This document shows positions 34,988 to 46,405 of a stretch of 64,000 bases of DNA, piece by piece. The translations under genes were made by a program, and so were the position numbers. The stretch's first letter is position 1, and each line of letters opens with the position of its first letter. The stretch is from Piromyces finnis finn (lineage: Eukaryota > Fungi > Neocallimastigomycota): assembly GCA_002104945.1 (NCBI GenBank), contig MCFH01000087.1, positions 62,001-126,000 of the forward strand. Direction: 5' to 3'. The notes under the pieces are model-generated. The model saw only the letters and a program-made list of their open reading frames with translations. It had not been told where the DNA came from and did not search any database.

Positions 34988-36575
34988 AAATTAAATAAAA
35001 GGTTAAAAGATAACTAGGTTAGAAAAAAAAAATGTTTTATTAAAATAATCTTAATTGATTTATAAATGAATAATTAAATTATGTATTATAGTTAAAATAA
35101 TTCCTTTTTATTTTATTTAAAGAATATATATAATAATAAGATTATTTAATAGTAATACTTATTAAGTATTAATAAGATAATAATCTTTACAAAGATTTAA
35201 TTCATAAAACTATTCTAAACTATTTATACTATTTGTAATTTTACATTTAATACTAAAATAACTTTTTAGTACATGATTATATTCATAATATATTTTATAA
35301 TACTAAGGCTAAACTTAAGACTTACTACTAATTATTAAAAATAACTATTGTTTATAATATTCATAATATTAATTATTTCTTAATTATAATATAATTCATT
35401 GAATATAATATTAATAATTATAATCCTCTAGTTCAAAGATTATAAATTATGTTGTTGAAATAATTATTATAAAATAAAGTTAATTAGTTCCGGAAAATAA
35501 TTTTAATTTAATTAAACAATAATTTTTTATACTTTGAGTGAATGATTTATGTTTGATATATCAGGGGTGATCATTCTCTGAATAAACAATTAATCATTGC
35601 TAACAAAATATCTTTAAATTGGAATATCTCGTGAACCAGCAGAGATATTGACCTGATTTTAAGATATGTTGTTTGTCTCGAGCGTGGCTTTCTAACGAAC
35701 TTAATTATAACCAAAACATTTTTATTCAAAAATCGTCATTCGTTGAGGAGATACGCGTGTTTTTTCTTATTCCATTTTAACGATAAGGGTTAAAGTTATT
35801 TATTATAAAAATTATTAAGGGTTAAGGTCATATTTTAACCTTTTCTAAATTTTTAAATATTTCTTAATAAAATTTTATAATTTATTTGAAAATAAAATAT
35901 TTGTTGATTTTGAATTTTCATAAGTGATTTCACAATTCCAAGTGATCTTGAAATTGTAATTTCACTAGTATTCGTGACAAAATCCTAAAATTCTAGCTAA
36001 TTCAACTATTTATGTTCATTCCTTAACAACGAATCTATTAGATAATTAATATTGTCTTAATGGTTAGTATTTAAGACATTAATATGGATCACTCGGGTTC
36101 GACTCACACCTTGATCCGAAATCTATTTTAGATTATTTGTTTAACAATTTAATTTACGACTCATAGAAACTTATAGAACTTATTCGAAAAAGAATAAGTT
36201 CGAATATTCGAAAAATCAAATATTTTTTGTAATTTTATCACGGGATTCATTTTATGCAATTTTTAATTAATTTAAAGAACAATCTAGAAAGATAATTAAA
36301 ATTTTTGATTTAGCCACATCAGATTTAGAAAAAGTATAAATAGAAGTGGTTTGAATCGAAAATTAAAAAAATTGTGTTTTTATTAACTATTAACTTTTAA
36401 CTTTTAAATTTTAAAAAAAAAAAAAAAAAATATTTATTATTAAAAAATAATTTAAATAAAAAATAATTAAAAATTTTAATAAATAAAATTAATTGACTTA
36501 TTGGGATCAAAATTATTATCTATATAAAGTTTATTAATTACCACATTATTAAATACTTATATAGATACGCGTTAC

Positions 36576-37279
36576 AATATCAAAAACTTATATATTTATT
36601 TATTATTATTTATGAATATTTTTATCAGCTACCACTAAGTCGTATCTTAGGGGAGGAAATCTTGATAAATAATAATTATAAATATATTATAAACTTGATA
36701 TTAGTAGAATATTTTATTATAAAAATAATTATTAAATAATTTTATATAGTTTATTATAAAAATATAATTTACATGAAATCAAATATTTTATAAATTTATA
36801 TATTTGATTGGGTTAAATTATAAAAATCATTTTTAATATAAAGAATAATAATATTTTTTAGTACAAAATAAGAAGACTTAGATTATTAATAAGTAAAAAT
36901 TTTAATAATAGTTAATATAATTAATTAAATAATACATAATAATATTTAAAAGACAAAAATAAGTTTTTATATAATAAAAATTATTGTTAAAAAAAAAGTG
37001 TAAAAACAATAAATAAAAGAAAATATAAAAACGAAATTAAACTTGTCTAATTTGTAATTATTGTGTTAATAATAAATAATATTTTATAGAATAAATCTGG
37101 TGCTATTATTCTATATTAATATTATTAAAATAATAAAACTATTAAAATTATAAAACAAATTAAATTTATTAAATAAAACTAGTAGATATTATTAAAGCTC
37201 GTACAATAACTGTCGAGATAAAACAATATAACAGAAGAAGTAGTTAAAAAGTTGTAATATAACTACCAATCAGTTATCA
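36576..37279 (+). mobile_element. Diverged 3' fragment of family A (about 87 bp internal sequence plus PPT, then LTR 36663-37279)
   Basis: Matches 14141-14845, including CAGCTACCACTAAGTCGTATCTTAGGGGAGGAAATCT, with scattered substitutions and indels. Confidence 0.88.
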
Positions 37280-37893
37280 ATAATTTCTTGGAAAAGGTAC
37301 AAAACCTTTATACGTTACAACAATTTTTATTTTTATATTTAATTTTGGTGTTATTGTAATAGAATAGATATCCTAATCTATTCTTTTAGTGTTAATATTA
37401 CAGAAATCAAGAGTTATTATTATATAAATTTATTAATAAATAAAGTATTAATTATTTTAAAAAGTAATGTTTATTTAACGTGTGTTTTTATATTTAAGTG
37501 TTAATATTTAATATTTTTGTTTATTAGTATTTTTATATAATAAATTCGAAATTAATGTTTTATTTTCTTTCTCAAATTAGTAATAGTTAATTATTTAACT
37601 ATTATTAATTTGTAGAAGAAGTTATTTATAATTTATTTATAAGTAACTTCTTACATTTTGATACATGATAAAATTATATAGTTAAAAATATTAAACTTAT
37701 ATAGTTGAATTAAGGGTTAGGAATTATTTAATAGCTTAATTAGTTATTAACTAACCAATAAAATATTATAAAAATTTCATATAAAAGTAACAAAGAATAA
37801 CTTTTATTTAAAAGAGAGAGTTCTTTTATAAAATATAATTAATTATTGAGAATTTTTATAGTTATTTTAACTTAAATATTTTTATATTAAATA

Positions 37894-38222
37894 TGAGAAA
37901 ACAAAACTATCTGACTAATCAACATATAAAGGAATAAAAGAACAAAGAATAAGTAATAAACTAGGATAACAAAATGTCTATGAAAAATATTCAAAATCAG
38001 TATTTAATACTACCGAATCAAACAATATTAAGTTAAATATTATGTTATAAAGATTATAAAAAAAAACTATTATCTAATATAAGTTGTAGGTGTATGAGAA
38101 ATATGATATAACAACTAACATTCAGATTATCAACTCTACTCGCTCAGTAACATGAGCATTAGTAGGGCCCCTTAAGAAGCTTCATTTATTAAATAAATGA
38201 AGGTACGTTCCCAATAGGGAAG
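37894..38222 (+). repeat. Short copy of the hairpin-rich dispersed repeat also found at 45.6-46.1, 56.8-57.2 and 62.8-63.3 kb
   Basis: Shares GAGAAAACAAAACTATCTGACTAATCAAC, TACCGAATCAAAC, CTCAGTA(A/C)CATGAGC and CTTCATTTATTAAATAAATGAAG. Confidence 0.85.
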
Positions 38223-38535
38223 GTTATATATGATAAGTATCTAATATTTTTGTTTTTAAAATATATTTTATTTTAATAATTTTTTTTACATTTATTTCAT
38301 ATTTATAGCAAATTTATTACATTATTATGCTACATCATTTCATTACATTATATAAATACTTTATATTACATTATAATTTATAATGTATTATATGATTTTT
38401 GTAATGCTAACAATTATTATAATTATTATTATTTTTATTTATATATATAATAGAATCACTTTTAAACCAAAACATTATAAATATATAAATATATAAATTG
38501 TATTATTTCATATTTTTGTTTAAAAATTTTCCATT

Positions 38536-41500
38536 TTATTTTATGTTTGAATCCCTTTTTATCCATTTTGTGAATTTTTCATTCATCATCATTAATTTAT
38601 TTGATGTTGGGCTAGAGGTACTTGAACTAAAACCTGATTTTTTATTTCCAAATAATTTATTTGATGTAGTACTTATACTACTAATAGTACTATTTCTACG
38701 ATATTGTTTTAAATCATCTTCATTATTTATTTGTATTACTATATTTAAATTACTATTTAACTTATCACTTGATGTTGAAGATTTTGTAGTTGTATATGGA
38801 GCTGGGGAAGAAAAAGAAGTTGTACGATGTTTTGAAATTACTGGTGACGTATGATATGAAAAATTAACATTATCCTTAATCATATAACTATTACCACTAC
38901 TCCTACGAATACTTCCAATTGTTGGATTAGTATACGTTGTATTAAGAGTATTTGCGGACATGGGTCCATTTTCTGATAAAGATTTGTCTGTATCTGACTT
39001 ATTAATTAAAAGATGTTTTGGTATAAATGTATTAGCAAAAGTATATGATGCTGAAGACAAAGAATTAGAAAATTGATTTGGTGTCTGACCCACAATATTT
39101 GATATAATATTTATAGCACTCGTTTTTGTCGATGAATTAAAGTTAGAATTTGTCTTAAGAAAAAATTGTGTATCATCATTATTATCTTTATTTTTAGCAC
39201 TCTTAAGTATGCAACTTTTTTCAAATTTATCAAGTATAGGCTGTTGTTCTGAACGCTTTAATCCTTTTAATTCTAAAATTTTTTGTAAATTATTATAATT
39301 GCTATTTTCAGCATATAATAATTCATAATTTGATAATAATACATCAAGAGTATCAATAGGAATCATAATAACCTTTAAAAGTGATTCGATTTTATTTACG
39401 CCATTATTTAAAATTTTCATGAATCTTTAAATAATATACAATTATAATTATATGATTATTAGTAATATTATTTTTATATATATTAATACTTGATATATAA
39501 GAATTTAAATATAATACTTACGAAGTTGAGAAGGTTTGTTTAAAATCTTTTTCTTTATTTAAATTTGGTATTTTTTGAATAATACTCTTCAATGCTAATA
39601 TATCTAATAACAACTATTTATAATACAAGAATTACTACAAATTATATTTATTTTTGAATAATAATAAATAAATAAATAAAAACTATTTTTAATTTATTTG
39701 TTTTAATAATTTTAATACCTGCTCTGCTCCAATTGTAGAAATTGGTTTACATTTATATATATTATTTAAATATTCAATTAAAAAGGATCTATAAAATATT
39801 TTATAAAAGATATTATAATACAATTAGTTTCCATTAATAATTATAATAATAATTCTTATAAATATTTACTCTGTAAATTTATCTATAAAAACTTTAAAGT
39901 AACTATTATTATTAATATTTTTTTGAATAGTTTGAATATACTTAAATATATTATTTCCTATATCTGTTACATAAATAGATTGATCACCAACTGATTCAAT
40001 GGATGACCAATTAATCTTTGTCATAGCTACCATACATGATTCAATTAACAGATCTAAACTTCTTACTAAAGATTTTATTGATGAAGTTATTGTACTATTG
40101 TGTTTGTATAAAAATAAAAAATAAAAAATTAAAAATAAATAAAAAAAAAAAAAAAAGAAAAAGAAAAAAGAAAATTAATAATAAATATATAAAACCTTTA
40201 TATGTATATATATAATAGAATGCAATAAAATACAATAAAATATAATATTTTTAAATATAATATAAAAAATAAACATTAAATACTTCATAAAAGAGTCTTC
40301 TTGATTTGAAAAATCGATTCTATCCTTATATTTAATATCTATTAGCTCAGTGATTTTTAATTGAAGCTTTGAATAATATTAGTTAATTTTTTTTTAAAAA
40401 AAAAAAAAGATTTTTTTATTTATTGTTTTTTTAAATATTTATAATCAAACTTTTATATTTATATATATATATTACCTGAGACGTTGTAGAATAACAATAA
40501 TCAGATGTATTTAATATTAATGTACATATTCTAAGTTCACTTTCTACTGCTACTTTTCTGTCATCTCTTATATTTTTAATCAAATGTTAATATTTTTAAT
40601 TGCTAAACAATTATTTAATATAACTCATAAAAATTACATAAAATACTTACTTTGGTAGTTTACTTGCCATAAAATTTGAATAACTCAATAAATACTTTCC
40701 AAAAATTTTATACAAATCAAATAATGGTTTTGAATTACTCATTTTTGATAACTGATTTAATGCTTCGCGATAATATATATACAGTTCTGTTCCAGAAGAT
40801 AATAGTAATACCGACTGATCATCTTCAAGAATTGGCTTTAATCGATATGTATTTATCATTAATTCTATTGACCTTTATATTTATAGATTTTTAAAATAGG
40901 TATTAAATTAATATATTATTAATACTATTTCAACTTTTAATTGCTAAATTTCTATTTACGTACTTTTCTTGATCATTAGTATATATATGTAAAAAATCCT
41001 CAAAACATGATGATATTGATCCCTTAAATGAATAATTAATTTGAGTTGCACTATTTATTTTATTCTTAATAAATTAAAATAAAATCGAATGATCAATTAT
41101 AAATTAAATTAAATAATAGATCTAAACATATTAAATATCAAATATTTTATAAATTAATTTACTTTATCATTAAAACGTTTTTCTAACTTCATCTCAAAAT
41201 TATTAGTATATTGAATAATTTGTAATAATATTTGGGAGCTTAATTCATTTGATTTTTTTAATGATTTTATTAATCCTTCCCTATTATTTAATAATAAAAA
41301 ATGATGAAAGTATATAAGAATGTTAATTCTATAAATTAAATATATATATTGAAAAAAAAATAATTCCTAATTTATATTACTTTGTAATATCACAAAACTT
41401 TATGCATAAATATTTTCCAACTTCCCATTCTTTTGGGAAAATTTTTGAACGTTCTTCATCAAAACGTTTTAAATTTTGTTTTAACCAAGAATATCTTTGG

Positions 41501-43069
41501 GTAATGTTTTCTACTGATGTAATCTTCAATTTATTTTATTTATTCAAGATTTTATCAATAAATAAGAATTTAATAATAATAATATTTATAAATTAATCTA
41601 CCTCATCATTTGCTCTAAATATACTTTCATATTCTTGTAATTGTTGTTTGCAGTACCACTCTATTAGTTCGGTTCTAAAATATATTATATTAATAAAATA
41701 ATAGCTTACTATTCTATTTCTCCTTTAAATTATATTTTTAAAAAATAAAAAGTACTTTTCATTATTATTCATTTTTTCAATAACTAGACAAGCATCGCTT
41801 AAATGAATTATATCGACATTTACTATATCTTCCTGAGTAAAACTAATAGCAACAAAAAAATAATAGTAAATAAATAAAATATTTAATAGTACAATAATTT
41901 ATTATAGTTATTAATATTTATTATTTATGCATTTACTTATACTAACCATGCTTCAAACTCATTGAAAATTTGTCGTTTAAGAGTTGTTTGTATTGAATTA
42001 ATATCAACATACAATGCATCAATTTGTAAAATACTTCTATATGTTGAAAAATGAATTAATAATTCATATATAACCTTGTTTATAAAATAATAAAACAAAA
42101 ACAATTTTATAATAAAATCAGCATTTCTATATATTATTATATTACATTATTTTTTTATTATTGTTTTCTACATACTTCTAATAATTGTGCTGTTTCTTTA
42201 TATTGTTTTGTTGGTATCATGTTTTTTAATTGTGTAATTGCTAATCCTATTAAAAAATATTAATTTTAATAACGATAATAGCAATAATAAAATAGCATAA
42301 TAAAATAAAATAAAAAATCATTAAATTTTATTTTTATGTATTTAATAATATATATAAATATAAAGCAATATATTAAGTTACCAAACATTTGTAATCTCTT
42401 AATAACCGTTATTGAAGAAGTCAAATGGGTTTTAGCATAATCTAATGATTTTATATCCTTTGTAATATCTTGCACTAATCTCTCTGAATTGCTTGCTTTT
42501 AACTTTATACTCTGTAATCTCTTATATAATTGCTATTTATAATTAATATAATATTTTAATCATTTTTTAATTTATTTATTAAACTTTCAATGGTAATCTT
42601 TTTAAAATAAACTATAATAATTTTACAGTAATTGTTTTTTTCGTTTCTTCTAATTTTTGAAAAGCTTGCTGTCCTGCATCAGTTTGTGTTCTTAACAATT
42701 CTCGAATATTCTTATCTAATTGATTTATTTTATTCTTTAAATCTGCTAATACAATATCAATTGTGGCCAATGATTGTTCTTTTATGTTTTTTATAATTAC
42801 ATTTGATATTTATAAATTATAAGTAGTAATTAAGATTTAACAATTTATTTTTATTATGTTTTTTAAAAATAAAGAATAAGTTTTAAAACTTTACTACTTT
42901 ATTATAAAACATATATTTCAATTATTTATAACATTTAAATTTAAAATTTACCATGAGGAAAAATTTTATTTATATATGAAATAACATCAAAATCTTGTTC
43001 ACTTAAAAGATCATTTTCTTTTATCTCATTAGAAAATAATTTATTATCCTTACTATCATTGTTCATCAT
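38536..43069 (-). CDS. VPS53: Vacuolar protein sorting 53 (GARP/EARP subunit), multi-exon
   Basis: Exons joined by eye across GT-AG introns: 43069-42952 (DLLSEQDFDVISYINKIFP), 42778-42627 (EQSLATID...), 42532-42382 (QDITKDIKSLDYAKTHLTSSIT), 42240-42176, later QRYSWLK...IFPKEW, LILNTSDYC, VGDQSIYV, and last exon (ORF 39420-38536) QKILELKGLKRSEQ. These motifs match Vps53. Confidence 0.92.
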
Positions 43070-43632
43070 TTCAGAACTATTTATTTTTTATTTATTTACT
43101 TATTTATTTACTTTACTTTAAAATTCTATATTAACATAACTTCTAGTTTGGTTTTGTTCTTTTTTTTTAAAAAAAAATAATTGTTATTTTAAGTTGGTTT
43201 TATTAATAAAGTCTATTTATAATAAATATAAAATAGGTAATTACGATAAATTAATTACAATTTACAAAATTTATATACTATAATAAGTGGCTGATAATAT
43301 TAATAAAATTTTTATACATGAATATTATTAGAACATGTGTTTCTGATATATATTTCTTTTATGTAGTAATTTAATATTAGTTTATTTATAATTTATTATA
43401 TTAGGTGAGAAATATTTTATTATTATAATTAATTCTTCTTTCTAATTATTAGAAAAAGACTATATTATAAACTTTATTAATAAGTAAAATGTAGTTAACA
43501 TAATGTAATGTATTGATAATGTATGTACTTTAGCATAAGCCATAAATTTAGTATAAATATAAAAACATAGTTGTTAATTAAATCTTTGTAATGAAGTATT
43601 AATAAATCATAATAAAGTAAATATCAACATCA

Positions 43633-43797
43633 ATCTCAAGAGACTTTTGGTGGCCAAGATTTCATTCAGATGTTAAATCCTTTATTAAATCTTGCGTGAC
43701 TTGTTACAAATCCAAAGTCCCCAGACATAAGCCTTAAGGATTGCTATCCCCTTTGTACACTCCTAATAGGCCTTGGTCTGATATTTCTATCGACTTT
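43633..43797 (+). pseudogene. Chromovirus integrase fragment (Zn-binding region) with a premature stop
   Basis: ISRDFWWPRFHSDVKSFIKSCVTCYKSKVPRHKP*GLLSPLYTPNRPWSDISIDF, co-linear with the integrases of E and F. Confidence 0.85.
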
Positions 43798-43963
43798 AAG
43801 CATTAATTCCATCAAGTAATAATTCTAATAATGCTACAGATAATAATTCTTCTGGTAATACCACTTCAGATAATGATGCTCATGGTTTAAATTTTATTCT
43901 TAAATTATTCAACCGTATTTGGGATGGTGACTTCCCCAGCTCATGGAATGAATCCAGTATTGT
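43798..43963 (+). pseudogene. Internal fragment of the family-1 LINE RT, inverted relative to the full copies
   Basis: ALIPSSNNSNNATDNNSSGNTTSDNDAHGLNFILKLFNRIWDGDFPSSWNESSIV, near-identical to about 48550-48717. Confidence 0.9.
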
Positions 43964-44674
43964 AACTGAAATGATGTACTTATATAGAAGAGGTTCAGGA
44001 GTAAAGGAACAAGAGTTATGAACACCAATGTAAAGTCCTCTCATACCTGGAACTTTAGGATTAGCACGTCTATGTACTGGCTTATAGTTTGGTAGGCATG
44101 AGGAGGAAATTGCATTACCACAGAGGAATTGGCTGTTACCTACTTCTTGAAGACAGACACATACAGGTTTGAAAACAGAGATGAAGTATAAAACACCATC
44201 CTTTTTCTCAGGGTTCCAACCATTGATGTTCCAACAAGTACATAAGTTGAAAAAGGAAGCATTAGAGCTTAAATGATTAAAATAGAAATCGTTAGAGTGG
44301 ACCAGTAGTGGATTTGATAGATCGTTTGTTTTTGTATGATCTATTGTTTTTGAGCTTATCAATGAATTTCCAAGATATTTTACTAGAGATTGGGAGTTTT
44401 TTAGAAAGTGAGTGTATAAGTAACATGGCTTTAAGCGGACATTTTCCATTGACTTTTAGAATGAAATAGGTACCGAGTGATTGTGAATATTTTTTGGTGA
44501 GGGATTGAAGAATATCATTGAAAGGTTGAATGTCCTTTAAAAGAAATTCCATTAGTCGTTGTTTTGACCATGAACTAAGATCATGGATAAAATTAGGTAT
44601 GATTTATTGGAGTTAGATCCGAGGAAACGAAGACCACGACGTAAGGTAGGTACAGTACAATTGGTATTGTTCAT
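43964..44674 (-). pseudogene. Degenerate 5' part of a second LINE family (N-terminal extension plus AP endonuclease start)
   Basis: Frameshifted MNNTNCTVPTLRRGLRF.../SSWSKQRL.../CWNINGWNPEKKDG...VCLQEVG...VPGMRGLYIGVH, homologous to the family-1 ORF. Confidence 0.82.
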
Positions 44675-44905
44675 TTTTGAAAGAACTTATTATGACAATA
44701 GATATTAATAAATTGAAGTATTGATATATCGATATAAATAAGATAATGAAATAAAAAATATTTAGTAAAATAAAAATAATAATAGCAAAGACGGATATAT
44801 TATATAGCTAGTGGATTATTTGTCAAACAATATTTTAAATTTTATAACTGGAAAAGTGGCTAAGTTATTGAAAAACTTAGTTCTAGCTCTACTGAAGATT
44901 TTGAA

Positions 44906-46131
44906 TGGGAAAATAAATTTTGAATATCTATCACTTTGAATTTCTGTGTTATAACTGTATTTTGAAAGTTCTTTATATTTATAAGATTTGTATAATTTGT
45001 TGGATGATTATTGTATTGTGTTGATTCTGATTGTTGAATTTGAACATTCATTTAGGTTATTTATGTTGTAAGGTAGAGAGATAATAAGAGTGAAAAGTTG
45101 TTAAATCAAAATATAATAGAAAAAGATGAAGAATTTTGGGTAAACATAATAAATATTTTTAAAAAAAATAAAATAGAAACAAAAGTAATATTTATAATAT
45201 AAAAAATAGAATACTCGATTTTCCAGGATTGAAGCTTTGATAACAAAAAATGTTAAAAAAAAAAAAGGGAGTTAACACTTACCATAAGAGTCCATAATAA
45301 ACTTAATAAAATTATACAAATATATAAATATACATATAATATAAAGTATAAAAAACATACATATATATAGAAAAGAGATAGAGAAAGTATATAAAAGAAT
45401 GTTAGTAGAAAAGAGATTCTTTGGAAAATCTAGAGTTACAAAAAATAAGAAATAAAAAAGATATTATTAGAATCATATAAAATCATAAAAGAAAAATAAA
45501 AAAGCCGCGCCCCTCGAAAAAATTAAAAATAGAAATAGAAAAATAAAAAGATTAAATAAAGATGATTATAGTAATGAAAGCCGCACCCCACAACGAAACC
45601 TCAAGAATAAATGAAAGGAATAACAAACTAACTGAGAAAACAAAACTATCTGACTAATCAACATATAGAGAATAAAAAGGAATAAAAGAACAAAGAGAAT
45701 AAGTAGTAAACTGGGATAACAAATTATCAATGAAAGCTAAAAATAAAATCAAAAAATATTCAAAATCAGTATTAAATACTACCGAATCAAACAATTTTAA
45801 GTTTAAAATAATATGTTATTAAGGTTATAAAAAACAACTACTTTAATATAAGTTGAAGGTGTAAGAGAAATATGAAATAACAACTAACACTCAGATTATC
45901 AACTCTACTCGTTCAGTACCATGAGCTTAGTCCTAATAATATTTCCAAATAAAGACTAACCAAGCATCCATTGCGCAATACTTGGATTTAATTCATTCTA
46001 CTCTCAGTACCATGAGCATGAGTAGAGCCCCTTGAGAAACTTCATTTATTAAATAAATGGAGGAAAGTATATATATAAAACTATAATTTTCATATTACCA
46101 AATCAAATCAAAGCTTTATGCCTTTTTCATA

Positions 46132-46134
<3 letters not shown>
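44906..46134 (+). repeat. Diverged inverted homologue of 62760-64000, including the hairpin modules
   Basis: Co-linear reverse-complement match with visible substitutions and indels. Confidence 0.85.
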
Positions 46135-46169
<35 letters not shown>

Positions 46170-46405
46170 GGCATCAAATATTTTAAACTTTATTATTAAT
46201 TTAATTAAAATTATAATACATGTAATAAAAAATTAAAAATAAAAATAAAAATAAAAAGAATATGTTTAAATAAACACAAATGAATAAAAATTGGGTATAA
46301 TGTATTCTAGTAATTTTAATTAAAGTAAAAAAGCCACTATCATACTAAAGTATAATAATTGTATTTGACCTCCAATGGGACACCGAGCCAAAGATCAAAA
46401 TTTTG

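Noticed and set aside
44860-45051. 63-aa ORF open in both diverged copies (homologue starts at 63855)
   Set aside because: Most differences seen between the copies change amino acids and no domain is recognisable, so there is no sign of coding selection.
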